From a virus, in the IMG/VR virus record IMGVR_UViG_3300033145_002663, positions 28,470 through 92,469 of that record: 64,000 bases of DNA. The stretch is one strand, 5' to 3'. The notes below the pieces were generated by a model, which was given only the letters and a program-made list of their open reading frames with translations, was not told the DNA's origin and ran no database searches. A program made the position numbers and the translations under genes. This document shows positions 9,301-19,487 of this stretch, piece after piece. Every line of letters begins with the position of its first letter. Positions within the stretch are counted from its first letter, which is position 1.

Positions 9301-10059
9301 ATGACGAAGAAAAAAAACGGTAAAGAACTTGTAGTTGTGGCGCCGACGGACTACGCGGCGGTGAAAATGGAGGTGGATATAACCGAGGTTATCCGCACCA
9401 ATCTCGGAAACGTGAAAATCAGCCCGCTGGATCTGGATCAGATTAAAATACCGGCCGCTGGTGGAAGAGTATGGTCATATGAAACCCTCGACGGCGAGGT
9501 GGATTCTAAAATCATCGAAGGCATCATTGTTTATACCACAACAACCCGGGTGTATTGGAAGGACTCATACGAGGAATCCGGCGGCGGGTCCCCGCCCGAT
9601 TGCGTATCTATCGACATGATTCATGGACGTGGAGAACCCGGCGGTATGTGTCCTCAATGTCCGCTGTCGGAATTTAAAAGTGCACCTGTACGCAAAGGGC
9701 AGGAAAAAAGCAGGGGTCAGGCCTGCCAGGAACGACGGTTTATGTTTCTTGTTTTACCGAACGCGGCCCTGCCGTATGTAATTAACTTACCGCCAACAAG
9801 TCTGAATCCGAGTAAACGGTTCCTGCTTCGGCTGGCATCGAACGGTATAAACTTCTATGAGAGAATCACTCGCGTCGAGCTGGAACCGGACAAAAGTGCT
9901 GACGGACATAAGTTTTCCAAGGCCAAGTTCTCGGTTGCCGGTCCGGTACCGAACCCTGATTTCTGGAAAGAATATTCCTTGAAGATTGCTCCGATGCTGC
10001 AGGCGACCGCTGAGGAAATCGCGACTGAGATGGAGCAGGATCATCCGGAAACAGAATAA
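9301..10059 (+). CDS. Putative ssDNA-binding or recombination protein
   Basis: PPDC.S.D...CPQCP...ACQ..LPPTSL pattern and acidic C-terminal tail. Confidence 0.55.
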   Translation: MTKKKNGKELVVVAPTDYAAVKMEVDITEVIRTNLGNVKISPLDLDQIKIPAAGGRVWSYETLDGEVDSKIIEGIIVYTTTTRVYWKDSYEESGGGSPPDCVSIDMIHGRGEPGGMCPQCPLSEFKSAPVRKGQEKSRGQACQERRFMFLVLPNAALPYVINLPPTSLNPSKRFLLRLASNGINFYERITRVELEPDKSADGHKFSKAKFSVAGPVPNPDFWKEYSLKIAPMLQATAEEIATEMEQDHPETE

Positions 10060-10070
10060 TAAATCGGGGT

Positions 10071-11765
10071 TTGTCAATGGATCTGCGCGATTTCTTCGAA
10101 TTGCTCTATGGTGACAAGCCCGACAACTCGCACCTGTTGATCTGGACACCGGGGAAAACTAAGGGTGGGCATTCTTTCTGGACACCGGATACCAATGGCG
10201 CGGTGGATCACATCCTGAAGGACCCGAAGAAGGACCAGTATTTTCAGGTGGGGTTGTCGGGTAAAAAATACAAAAAGAACCAAAGGTGTCACCTCGACGA
10301 AAGCGAGGGTCGCCCGGTGGTAGCACTGCCGGCGGCCTTCGCTGACATTGATTTTGGTACCGAAGGCCATAAGAGCAAGAAAAATCCTCCAACGCGAGAT
10401 GATGCGCTGCGGCTGATCCATGGCCACGGCTTTGACCCAACCGTGATCGTTCATTCCGGTCACGGCCTGCAGGCGTACTGGGTGTTCAAAGAAATCTGGA
10501 AACTGGAAACACCGGATGAACGTAAAAAAGCCATGGTGTTTTTACGTCGCGTAGTAGCATTTTTTAAAGACAAGGCCTCTGAAAAAAAATGGTATGTTGA
10601 CAGCGTTCAGGATCTGGCTCGCATTCTTCGACCACCGGAGAGTTACAACTGCAAGACTGACCCCAAATTAGTTGAAATCATTGAGTACAATGAGGATCGC
10701 AGATACAACCCCGAAGACCTCGAAGAATTCCTACCTGAAGATCCCGGCCATCAATCCTATGTGGAATCCAAACAGATTCATAGTACAGGTAAAAAATTAT
10801 TCATAACCGAAGGACGCCAACCTCCATCCGGTAAGTTCGCGCAGCTCTGGGCGATCTTTCCGAAGTTTCAGGCCACGTGGGAAAATCAAAGAACCGGGGA
10901 TTTAAATGATACCAGCCCTTCCGGATACGATATGGCGCTGGCATTATTTGCGGCGCAGGCAAACTGGAAACCGCAGGAAATTGTGGACCTGATCATTGCT
11001 CACCGGGAACATCATGGGCACGATTTAAAATTAAAGAATATTCAATATTACGCCCGCACCGTGATTAATGCACGGGATCTCGCAATCTCGGAATCGTTCG
11101 AGACTCAGCAGGACATTCAGAATCTTCAGTTATCGGAAGAATTGAACCCGACAGAAGAAGATTCTCCGGAGGAACGGTTAAGGAAAGATGTCAGTCTTCG
11201 CATGGGTGTTAAGATTTTAAAGATTGAAAAATACTTAAGTGAGGATCCCGATTATATTATTCATATTGAATATAACGCCAAGATCGAAGAAATCACGTTA
11301 AAAATTACTCACTTTACATCGCAGAATCAATTCCGCAACAAGATAGCGGCGATTACCGGCAAGGTAATTACCAGGTTTAAACCCAGGGAGTGGGACAGCC
11401 ATATTCAGCAGTTATTAAATCTGGCGGAACAAAACATCAAGGAAGTGGGCGAGGAGGCGAGTGATAAGGGTATCACGCGATACTGGCTGGAAGATTATTT
11501 AAAGGGCTGTCATAAGTTAAAGCTGGAAGATGCCGTCGATAACAAAAAACCGTTTATCAAAGACGGTACCTGGTTTTTCTTTTTGGAAAACTTTTATATG
11601 TGGGCCAAGATGAAGCGAGGCGCAACCCTGTCCCGCAGAGAACTTGGAACCCTGGTCAGCAGGCTGGGGTGCTTAAATAAAACGTTTAATATTCTGTCCG
11701 ACAACAACAAACGAACCTCTCGTTCGGCGTATCGAGTGCCGAAAAAGGTGGAACCGCAAACATGA
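10071..11765 (+). CDS. RepB-like DNA primase (AEP superfamily)
   Basis: ADID, HSGHGLQAYW and DLARILRPP motifs; helical DTSPSGYDMALA domain. Confidence 0.8.
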   Translation: MSMDLRDFFELLYGDKPDNSHLLIWTPGKTKGGHSFWTPDTNGAVDHILKDPKKDQYFQVGLSGKKYKKNQRCHLDESEGRPVVALPAAFADIDFGTEGHKSKKNPPTRDDALRLIHGHGFDPTVIVHSGHGLQAYWVFKEIWKLETPDERKKAMVFLRRVVAFFKDKASEKKWYVDSVQDLARILRPPESYNCKTDPKLVEIIEYNEDRRYNPEDLEEFLPEDPGHQSYVESKQIHSTGKKLFITEGRQPPSGKFAQLWAIFPKFQATWENQRTGDLNDTSPSGYDMALALFAAQANWKPQEIVDLIIAHREHHGHDLKLKNIQYYARTVINARDLAISESFETQQDIQNLQLSEELNPTEEDSPEERLRKDVSLRMGVKILKIEKYLSEDPDYIIHIEYNAKIEEITLKITHFTSQNQFRNKIAAITGKVITRFKPREWDSHIQQLLNLAEQNIKEVGEEASDKGITRYWLEDYLKGCHKLKLEDAVDNKKPFIKDGTWFFFLENFYMWAKMKRGATLSRRELGTLVSRLGCLNKTFNILSDNNKRTSRSAYRVPKKVEPQT

Positions 11766-13426
11766 AAGAATATCGCATTTATGGGCCGCCGGGAACTGGG
11801 AAGACCCGAGTGCTTGCACGACGGCACATTCCCCGGGCGGTGGAAAAATACGGGCCTGACAAGGTGATGGTTACATCATTCACCCGGGCGGCGGCAAGGG
11901 AAATCGCCGGGCGGGATATCAAGGTCAATGAGCACAATGTCGGCACGTTGCATAGCATCTGCTTCCACGCGTTCGGGCAGCCTGATCTGGCCGTCAAGCA
12001 TTTAAAAGAATGGAATGAGGCATATCCGAAGTGGCAGATGTCCAAAGGCAGCCAGGATCATGACGAAAGCTTTGAACCTCAAATGGACGGTGATAAACTT
12101 ATATCCGAGATTCAAGTGCTGAAAGCAAGGCTGGTGCCGTCAAACATTTGGAGAATGCACCTTCAAAGTTTCAAGAAAGCATGGGACGGATTCAAGAAAG
12201 AAATGAACGTGCTGGACTTTGACGACCTGATTGAAAGCGCGCTGGAAGAATTTCCGGTGGCGCCAAACAATCCCGCCGTTATGTTCCTGGACGAAGCCCA
12301 GGATTTCACCCCCATACAATTTAAGCTGATCCGGTTATGGGGCATGTCAATGGAATGGTTCGTGATGTGTGCGGACGACGATCAAACTTTATATGAATGG
12401 CTCGGTGCAGATCCCAAAGCCCTTATTTATCCACCGGTGCCTAAAGAATTCAAAACAGTTCTCAATCAATCGTGGCGGGTACCGGCCACGGTTTTGGAAA
12501 TAGCGAACCGTGTAATCAAAGAGGTTTCGATCAGGGAACCTAAAGAATATCGACCGCGCATGGACGATGAGCTTGAATCGGTGCAGGGTGAAGTGATTTT
12601 TCATGATGATCATTATAAAAGCCCGGACGAAGTTTTAGAGATGGCCATAAAATATATCAAACAGCCGTCAACAAGACCGGGCAGAAAAAATAAGGATGTC
12701 ATGTTTTTAGCATCATGTTCTTACATGCTGGAACCGTTAAAGAGACTGCTCAGAGACAGGGGCATTCCTTTTCACAATCCGTACCGGCGGCAGCGGTATG
12801 ACTGGAACCCGTTTTACAGATCGAAAGGTGTGTCCTCGGGTGAGCTGCTGTCCAGTTTTCTTTCTCAGTCGGAGTCTGACGAAACCTACTGGAGCGTGGC
12901 CCAGTTTTTAAAGTGGGCTCAGTTTATCAAAGTGGGTAAGACCGGGTTAATAAAAAAACAGGGCAAGGAAGCGATCAAGGTTTTAAATCAGGCCGTCGAG
13001 GACTGCGCCATGGGTATTCACACCACCCGGGAGGTGCTCCACAATGTGCTGTCTCCGGACGCTCTGCACGCTGCCTTAAATCGGGATATTCGATGGCTGC
13101 AGGACAATATCTTAAAATCCCGTTTAAACGGCCTCGCGTACCCGTTAACGGTGTTGAAGAATCAGGGGTGCGATGCCCTGCGAGAGGAGCCGAGCGTGGT
13201 TTTAGGTACAGTTCACTCGGTAAAAGGAGGTGAGGGATCGTGTGTCGTGCTCTTCCCGGACCTGTCAAGAGCTGCATACTCCGAGATGGATATTCAGGAG
13301 AATGAAGACGCCATACGCCGAATGTTCTATGTAGCCATGACCCGTGCGTATGAAACATTAATATTATGCTCGCCGGTCCCGGCGCCGCGAGGTATGCCGG
13401 CGATGTATTTTGAGTGGCCGGAGTAA
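11762..13426 (+). CDS. UvrD/Rep-family SF1 helicase
   Basis: GPPGTGKT, TLHS, DEAQD, DDDQTLY, TVHSVKGGE, FYVAMTRA. Confidence 0.95.
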   Translation: MKEYRIYGPPGTGKTRVLARRHIPRAVEKYGPDKVMVTSFTRAAAREIAGRDIKVNEHNVGTLHSICFHAFGQPDLAVKHLKEWNEAYPKWQMSKGSQDHDESFEPQMDGDKLISEIQVLKARLVPSNIWRMHLQSFKKAWDGFKKEMNVLDFDDLIESALEEFPVAPNNPAVMFLDEAQDFTPIQFKLIRLWGMSMEWFVMCADDDQTLYEWLGADPKALIYPPVPKEFKTVLNQSWRVPATVLEIANRVIKEVSIREPKEYRPRMDDELESVQGEVIFHDDHYKSPDEVLEMAIKYIKQPSTRPGRKNKDVMFLASCSYMLEPLKRLLRDRGIPFHNPYRRQRYDWNPFYRSKGVSSGELLSSFLSQSESDETYWSVAQFLKWAQFIKVGKTGLIKKQGKEAIKVLNQAVEDCAMGIHTTREVLHNVLSPDALHAALNRDIRWLQDNILKSRLNGLAYPLTVLKNQGCDALREEPSVVLGTVHSVKGGEGSCVVLFPDLSRAAYSEMDIQENEDAIRRMFYVAMTRAYETLILCSPVPAPRGMPAMYFEWPE

Positions 13427-13439
13427 GGAAGGAGAAACC

Positions 13440-13598
13440 ATGAATAAAATAGAGTTAGTTCAAAAGATAGGCAATGAGATTTGTGAGGGATGCGGGCCGC
13501 ATGCTGATTGCGGCATTGAGCCTTCGGATTGCGATCGCATAACCAATGCAGTCAATTTGCTTGATGAATTTTTAGAGGAAAAAGATGCCAAAATGTAA
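13440..13598 (+). CDS. Small Cys-rich hypothetical protein
   Basis: AGGAG SD before ATG 13440. Confidence 0.5.
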   Translation: MNKIELVQKIGNEICEGCGPHADCGIEPSDCDRITNAVNLLDEFLEEKDAKM

Positions 13599-13767
13599 AG
13601 GCTGCGGCCAGGAAATTAAATGGATAGAGATGGCAACAGGAAAGAAAATGCCACTGGATGCAAAACCAATACAAATGATTCAGGTAAAAGAAGGAATCGG
13701 CGAAGTGATCCCGGTTTACATGCCCCACTGGGCAACTTGTCCGAATGCCCCGGATTTTAAAAAATGA
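13585..13767 (+). CDS. Small zinc-binding phage protein
   Basis: CKGCGQEIKW...GKKMPLD...HWATCP. Confidence 0.7.
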   Translation: MPKCKGCGQEIKWIEMATGKKMPLDAKPIQMIQVKEGIGEVIPVYMPHWATCPNAPDFKK

Positions 13768-14015
13768 AAAAAGTTAAAGGCATCTCTCTTTCAGTCAAAG
13801 GAACCGAGGTATCGTACAACAAAGGGTATCTTGTCAGGGACTCTCCTTTTGTTAAGATCAAACAGTTCGTGGATGGTTCAAGCATATCCGAGGATGAAGT
13901 CAGGAAAATTATCAAAGGAATTCCGCACCCGGACAGGCACGAAACCTATATCGGTGCGAAAGAACTCGCATTATTAAAACAGGCATGGAGGAAATTGGAT
14001 GGTAACCGTTCATAA
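13764..14015 (+). CDS. Hypothetical protein
   Basis: Translationally coupled ORF. Confidence 0.55.
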   Translation: MKKVKGISLSVKGTEVSYNKGYLVRDSPFVKIKQFVDGSSISEDEVRKIIKGIPHPDRHETYIGAKELALLKQAWRKLDGNRS

Positions 14016-14232
14016 AGCATCGCCAATTGGTAAAGAGATTATTCCAGATGGACATCTTTCAATCAGCATTCCGCTGAAAGATTCCATTACATTGGAAGAC
14101 TGCGAAGCTACCATGGAGGAAGACGCATCTAAGATAGCAAAGGTTTTAACAGAGCATCTTCCACAAGGGGTAAGGCATAAACTCTTAATCAAAATGCTTC
14201 AAGCCACCTTGAATCTTTATATTGGAAAATAA
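13999..14232 (+). CDS. Hypothetical protein
   Basis: GGAGG SD, coupled ORF. Confidence 0.55.
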   Translation: MVTVHKASPIGKEIIPDGHLSISIPLKDSITLEDCEATMEEDASKIAKVLTEHLPQGVRHKLLIKMLQATLNLYIGK

Positions 14233-14245
14233 TGGAGGAAATTAG

Positions 14246-14837
14246 ATGGGTAAAATTTTTTGGTTTGATACTGAAACAACCGGCTTGGATGACAAAATTC
14301 ATGGCATTACTGAGCTGGCCATATTGATTGAGGATGATGGCAAAATAATTGATGAGATTCATTATGCGGTTCGTTCGTCCGGATGACAAGTGCATTGTCA
14401 ACCCGGATGCGTTGGAAATTCAGGGTAGGACGTGGGAAGATATAATTATGGGCATGCCTGAGCGACTGGTACTCGATGATCTTAAGAACAGATTAAAAAA
14501 GCATGTTGATCCCTACAATCCCAAAGATAAGTTCGTGCAGGCCGGATACCGCGTGGGATTCGATGATGGTTTTCTTAGGGAATTTTTTATCCGGAACAAT
14601 GACAAGTATTATGGGAGCTGGTTTTTTAATGCCAGGATCGATGTGTTGTCATTAGCGGCGATGTGTCATGCCAGAAATTCATTCCCGGTGGACAATTTCA
14701 AGCTCGCCACGATGTGTAAACATTTTTATATTCCGCTTGATGCTCATAAAGCCATGGATGATATCAAAGCAACGCAGGATCTGTATTATAGACTACATTC
14801 AATTATGGGGTGGACGAATGGCAAACAGGGTCAGTGA
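14246..14837 (+). pseudogene. DnaQ-like DEDDh 3'-5' exonuclease, frameshifted at ~14370
   Basis: ExoI (WFDTETTGLD) lies in the frame starting at ATG 14246; ExoII (FDDGFL) and ExoIII (HKAMDDI) lie in the +1 frame; junction GTTCGTTCGT. Confidence 0.8.
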
Positions 14838-15195
14838 AGACTCAATCGTAAAGGCCAGTCAGCGGTGGTTGAAGTCACTCCCGGGGTGCAAGGTCCGCAA
14901 GCGCCGGGGAGGGATGTCCAACCGTGGCGAGCCGGATCTGTACGGATGTATTCACGGGATTCATTTTGAGATCGAGGTGAAGGCGCCGGGAAATACACCA
15001 ACAAAGCACCAGGTGGCGCGGCTGGAAGAATGGGAAGTGACCGGCGCGATAACCGGAGTATCGTACTGTCTGGATGATACAAAAACGATCATACTTACCG
15101 GCCTGTTGAATATCGCGTCTAAAATTAAACCTGTAATCAAACAGTTTTTATCAGGGAGGAGCGGAGAATGCCTGAAACATGTGAGACCAAATTAA
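14818..15195 (+). CDS. VRR-NUC (PD-(D/E)xK) nuclease, putative junction resolvase
   Basis: SEDSIV...GEPDL...EIEVKAPG..PT.HQ. Confidence 0.85.
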   Translation: MANRVSEDSIVKASQRWLKSLPGCKVRKRRGGMSNRGEPDLYGCIHGIHFEIEVKAPGNTPTKHQVARLEEWEVTGAITGVSYCLDDTKTIILTGLLNIASKIKPVIKQFLSGRSGECLKHVRPN

Positions 15196-15536
15196 AAATC
15201 TATCTGATTGTCGGTATGGGGCATGTTATTGGAGAGCTGGTTCATGACTGGAAAGAAAAAATCGTGCTGCAAAATGCCGGTGTGGTTAAAGGCGACGGCA
15301 AACATATTGCCGTAACGCCTCCGATCCTTCATTGGTTTGCTCATCAGATGGATAAGATTCAAAGATTCGAGATCCCGAAACGTTTAATCATCAACGATGA
15401 TGATGCCAGTCCTGATTTATACGCAGTGTACGATATGTATGTCAAGAAACTCACCGAGAAGACTACCGGCATTAAGGTGGCCAATGAGCAGGACATGCAG
15501 CGAGTGATTAATATCGCTCAGAAAAAGCTGCATTAA
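15168..15536 (+). CDS. Hypothetical protein (Sm-like beta fold possible)
   Basis: HVIGELV...IVLQNA pattern; SD present. Confidence 0.55.
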   Translation: MPETCETKLKIYLIVGMGHVIGELVHDWKEKIVLQNAGVVKGDGKHIAVTPPILHWFAHQMDKIQRFEIPKRLIINDDDASPDLYAVYDMYVKKLTEKTTGIKVANEQDMQRVINIAQKKLH

Positions 15537-15748
15537 TGGCAACGATAATTTTTGAAAACTGGCCCAACACATGCTGGATGGATAAAGAGTGGGTCAAAGA
15601 TAGGCTTGAAACGGAACAAAAGAAAAAGATTATACAGATAGAATCTCTTTTTTCTAAGGCAAGCATGAAAAGAAAAGCTCAAATCATGGGAATTTCTGTT
15701 GGATATTATTATCAATTAAGAAGCAAGTATAAAATTACCACCCCATAG
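15536..15748 (+). CDS. Small HTH protein
   Basis: MKRKAQIMGISVGYYYQLRSKY. Confidence 0.55.
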   Translation: MATIIFENWPNTCWMDKEWVKDRLETEQKKKIIQIESLFSKASMKRKAQIMGISVGYYYQLRSKYKITTP

Positions 15749-16613
15749 CCGCATCCACCCGGCGCTGAAGCATGTTCGGTGTCGGGTGAATGTAGTTATC
15801 CTCGATTGTTTTCGGTGTGTCCCCCAGCAGGAACGCAATGTCCATGATACTCATACCGCCTTCATAGTGCAGCCATGTGGCCACGTAATGCCTAAAGGTG
15901 TGGGGGCCCCGACCATCGGCACCGTTCTTTAGTCCCAGGTCAATCAGCATGTCATTAATAATCTTCTGGACCTGCTTGGTGGAGGGGAATATTCTATCCT
16001 GCCATCCCATATCCAGCATTGCGCGTTCCTTATATATTAATAATATGCGCGCGGTGTCTTTTGAGAAGAACGCCGGCCGGGGTTCGGTCTTGGAGTCAGA
16101 CAGAAATACGGTTCTGTTCTCAAGATCCACGTCCCTGGACATGATGCGGCTGACCTCCCGGACCCTGGCACCGGTATCGATCAGCAGGCACACGATCGCC
16201 TGGTTCCGGACAGAGTTTCTTGAATCCGGGAACGAGTATTCTCTGCACATCTCGACCTCAATTTCAGTGAACCAGCGGCTCACAGCCTTGAGCTGGGCTT
16301 CCTTGCGCTCGGATGCAGGAATGCGGTAGGTGTATTCTATGGGGGTGCCGTTCCATTTGAAGAACATTTTAGCAATGGTGAGGTATTGCTGGATGGTGGG
16401 TCCACCGCAGTTCAAACTTTCAAGATAGGCCGCATACCCTGGCATGTATTCCTGGAAGTTATTTAAGTCTACGTTATCCATTCCTAACCAATTGCAATAC
16501 CCTTGAAGCCTTTGCAGACCATTTCTGTATAGATTGATTGTGTTCGGCCTCAATGAAGATATTGAGGATAAATATTGAGCTATAACCATGTTTATATCTG
16601 CTTTGTGTGCCAT
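15735..16613 (-). CDS. XerC/D-like tyrosine recombinase
   Basis: LIDTGARVREV, SK, HTFRH, LLGD...NY. Confidence 0.92.
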   Translation of the reverse strand: MAHKADINMVIAQYLSSISSLRPNTINLYRNGLQRLQGYCNWLGMDNVDLNNFQEYMPGYAAYLESLNCGGPTIQQYLTIAKMFFKWNGTPIEYTYRIPASERKEAQLKAVSRWFTEIEVEMCREYSFPDSRNSVRNQAIVCLLIDTGARVREVSRIMSRDVDLENRTVFLSDSKTEPRPAFFSKDTARILLIYKERAMLDMGWQDRIFPSTKQVQKIINDMLIDLGLKNGADGRGPHTFRHYVATWLHYEGGMSIMDIAFLLGDTPKTIEDNYIHPTPNMLQRRVDAAMGW

Positions 16614-16906
16614 TAATCCTCATCTCCCTCGTAGAGTTTGACCCATTCTTCAAATAACATAACTTGCCATTTAATCGATGGTATTCGTTTTTGCAGCAAC
16701 GCTTGAAATTCATAAGCCTCAAAGGTGGTGCAAAACATTCCATATGGTACATGTTTTTTGGGGTCATCAATAACGATATCGTAACTTCCAATATATTTAA
16801 GTAATTGATCAAGATCCTCAAGTACTGCTCCATAATACCCACATGCGCCGCATGCACCTTCGAGCATTGCCTTTTGTTGACACCGTGGACATTTATAGTG
16901 ATTCAT
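16613..16906 (-). CDS. Hypothetical zinc-ribbon protein
   Basis: CPRC...CGACG. Confidence 0.6.
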   Translation of the reverse strand: MNHYKCPRCQQKAMLEGACGACGYYGAVLEDLDQLLKYIGSYDIVIDDPKKHVPYGMFCTTFEAYEFQALLQKRIPSIKWQVMLFEEWVKLYEGDED

Positions 16907-16972
16907 TTTACAATCCTCGCTTTAATAGTTACAAGCATTCATCCGCAATTTTACGGTATTCATTAAGTTCTT

Positions 16973-17404
16973 TTATTTTGCAAACATAAATCTATGTGGA
17001 ATCCTCGCTTTCTGCACCTTCCTCGGGGCCATACCCTTGAACACTCCACTTGGATCAATGCCTAATGCCTGCGTGAAATTCGCCAGCTTCAATGCACACA
17101 TCGGACATACGCTTGTGTCCGGGCCGTACTCATCGGCGTTCGGGTCAATGTCGCTGCAGAAATAACAGTCGCCGGCGGCTTCGTCGTAAATGTCCTGGAT
17201 CTTGTCAAAGATCTTCAACTCACCGGGATCCTCCTCGGTGTCCACCAGGCCCAGACCAACACGAACTTCGGTCATCACATACGTTAACAGGAATGTCATA
17301 GCCCTGTTGGCGATTTCAGGATCCAGGCTGTTGATGGCGTCAATGCCGTCGTCGTACCAGGTGTCTTTATCTTTTAGAATCTTTGTGAAATCAATGATTT
17401 TCAC
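16973..17404 (-). CDS. Hypothetical protein (CxxC pairs)
   Basis: ORF with SD; CYFC...CPMC. Confidence 0.65.
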   Translation of the reverse strand: MKIIDFTKILKDKDTWYDDGIDAINSLDPEIANRAMTFLLTYVMTEVRVGLGLVDTEEDPGELKIFDKIQDIYDEAAGDCYFCSDIDPNADEYGPDTSVCPMCALKLANFTQALGIDPSGVFKGMAPRKVQKARIPHRFMFAK

Positions 17405-18041
17405 TCCATACCTCCTTTACATGTTTGATGCTCGGATAAAGTTTATGCGATGCTATCATATTGGCAATTTCAGGTTTGAATTTTGGTGGACAGTCCTCTT
17501 TACTCCACTTGTAAAACAAATCAAACTCGTCATTGAACTCTTTTATCTGACGATCCTTTTCCGCTATTTCTTTCTTGAATAATTCGTGCAGTTTTTTAAT
17601 TTCCGGTACTACCTGCCTGACAATCATATCTGAAAGATTAAGTTTTTTTGCTTCGTATTCATGACGGGAGGGCAGGGGCCACGAATAGGACAAGCAGTTT
17701 TTAAATGTAGTATTATTTAAAGTAATTTGTGAGTTGTCGTTGAACGTATATCTCTGCTTTAAAATATCCGCGATTTTATCAAATGCGTATTTACGATCTT
17801 GTTCGCTTAGGTCATAGTTAAATATACGGTTCCCATATTTCATAGTACCGTAACACCTGAAATTAATACCCTCACCAGTCATTTTAAAATCTTCGGATCT
17901 CACAATATTAACTAGTTCAAACTGATAAGGATCATCGCATATTACAACTGTATTAACATTCCCACCACGATGAAGACCTAACTGCTTGTTCAATAAAAGT
18001 TTAATATGGTGTATGTTTCTCAGTACATTTTCAGCTAACAT
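17391..18041 (-). CDS. Hypothetical protein
   Basis: 216-aa ORF in operon. Confidence 0.6.
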   Translation of the reverse strand: MLAENVLRNIHHIKLLLNKQLGLHRGGNVNTVVICDDPYQFELVNIVRSEDFKMTGEGINFRCYGTMKYGNRIFNYDLSEQDRKYAFDKIADILKQRYTFNDNSQITLNNTTFKNCLSYSWPLPSRHEYEAKKLNLSDMIVRQVVPEIKKLHELFKKEIAEKDRQIKEFNDEFDLFYKWSKEDCPPKFKPEIANMIASHKLYPSIKHVKEVWSENH

Positions 18042-18048
18042 ATTCCCT

Positions 18049-18264
18049 CTATTTACACGGGTACCACCCGTATCGGTACCGCATTCACCTTTTCATTTCA
18101 AACGTGTTCATCATCAGCGCGTCCGGGTTCCCACCTCTACCGTATACGCACTCCCACTTATCCCTTTCAAAATCCGCCGGGCCTTTTGTTGGATGGCACC
18201 ATTTGGTTTGAGCGCAACCATAAATACATAGAGCCATGATTAAAACTGCGATAACTGTTTTCAT
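18049..18264 (-). CDS. Small lipoprotein with in-frame UGA at 18085-18087 (Sec read-through or nonsense mutation)
   Basis: Signal peptide with IYGC lipobox; frame continues after TGA as MRYRYGWYPCK to TAG at 18049, next to the RBS of the following gene. Confidence 0.55.
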
Positions 18265-18329
18265 AATTTTATCCTCCTTTTTAATTTTAGAGGATAGAAT
18301 TATACCTTCTTTTTGATTATTAATCAAGA

Positions 18330-18923
18330 TTAAAAAGCATAGCGCCCGGAGGGTTTACGGACCTTCCACATCCAGCTGGAATCATAAGCGGAGTTTCGAC
18401 CGAGCTTTAACAGTCCGGCTTTGTTTTTAATGACCAGCCCCTCAATTTCATTATCCTCGATAACGTCAAAGAACACCTTGCGAAAGTTGTCCGGGAACTC
18501 CTCGGGGATCCCCAGGGGATCACTGTTCACTTTGAACAGGTTCTCGATGATGGTTCTTCGGTACCAACGCGGTTTCCCAACCAGAAGTTTTCCCTGCCAC
18601 ACAAACACGTCGTAGATCATAACCTTATGTTTTATGCCCGGCACCTTATTATGGCGGAGGCCTCCGTCAAATAAACAGTACCCGTTAAGCTGAAGACGGC
18701 TTAACGCTTCCATCAGCTCATCGTTCGGGGTGTAGTTTAATTTTTCCTCGTGCCGGTTCCAGAACTCAAAATTGCCGTTGCAGTGCAGCTCTAAACGCTG
18801 CTCATTATATTTTCGTTCGGCAACGAAAGAGTTGTGATCAGAAAGCCTTTGAAACAGGGGTTGCTCTATGCTGAGCAGGCGGGGTTTCTCCGGGTAGAAA
18901 TATTTAAAAGCGGTGAGTTTCAT
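18330..18923 (-). CDS. ATP-dependent DNA ligase, adenylation domain only
   Basis: ERKYNEQR (KxDGxR-like), LFDGGL, IYDV, EGLVIK, WKVR. Confidence 0.8.
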   Translation of the reverse strand: MKLTAFKYFYPEKPRLLSIEQPLFQRLSDHNSFVAERKYNEQRLELHCNGNFEFWNRHEEKLNYTPNDELMEALSRLQLNGYCLFDGGLRHNKVPGIKHKVMIYDVFVWQGKLLVGKPRWYRRTIIENLFKVNSDPLGIPEEFPDNFRKVFFDVIEDNEIEGLVIKNKAGLLKLGRNSAYDSSWMWKVRKPSGRYAF

Positions 18924-19348
18924 GCAGTAACCTCCTTCTTGAAATTCCGAGTACAATAATAAATTCCATTTTGGTACCTCATGGGCTTGCCGCAATATGG
19001 GCATAGTTTTTGCTTACATTGTTCACAAATTGTTTCATCTTCGCTTCCTTTCAATAAACTTTGCCAAAGATTTACCATATATTCTACAAGCTCTTTCAGT
19101 TCGGTTTGCGTTAATGACTGAACACTGCAGAACTCTCCGTCATACCCGTAATCAATAACTCCAACCTCAACACCATCTTCGGATAACCCTAAAATTCCAG
19201 AAGGAGCATCTATTTTTTTGCCAGTAGAGAAAACAAACGTATTGTTATGAACAAGCTTCATGCCTGATTGCCTCCTCGATTTCGTCTTTGTATAATAATT
19301 CAAAAGAACTCCACAGCAAGTACGGAACCTGCTCGTACGTTCTTTCAT
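18920..19348 (-). CDS. Hypothetical protein with C-terminal Zn ribbon
   Basis: CEQC..CPYC...YYC; true start probably MKLVHN. Confidence 0.55.
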   Translation of the reverse strand: MKERTSRFRTCCGVLLNYYTKTKSRRQSGMKLVHNNTFVFSTGKKIDAPSGILGLSEDGVEVGVIDYGYDGEFCSVQSLTQTELKELVEYMVNLWQSLLKGSEDETICEQCKQKLCPYCGKPMRYQNGIYYCTRNFKKEVTA

Positions 19349-19487
19349 TCACCACGTCTATAATTTCCCAGCTGAGCGATTCACCCGGACAGTGGAAGCT
19401 TGCCGGTTCGCCCTTGTGGGCATGAATAAACAGGGTGTAGGATTTTCCATTGACTGATATCGTTAATTTTAATTTTAGGGGGGTCAT
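19245..19487 (-). CDS. Hypothetical protein
   Basis: Coupled ORF. Confidence 0.5.
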   Translation of the reverse strand: MTPLKLKLTISVNGKSYTLFIHAHKGEPASFHCPGESLSWEIIDVVNERTYEQVPYLLWSSFELLYKDEIEEAIRHEACS

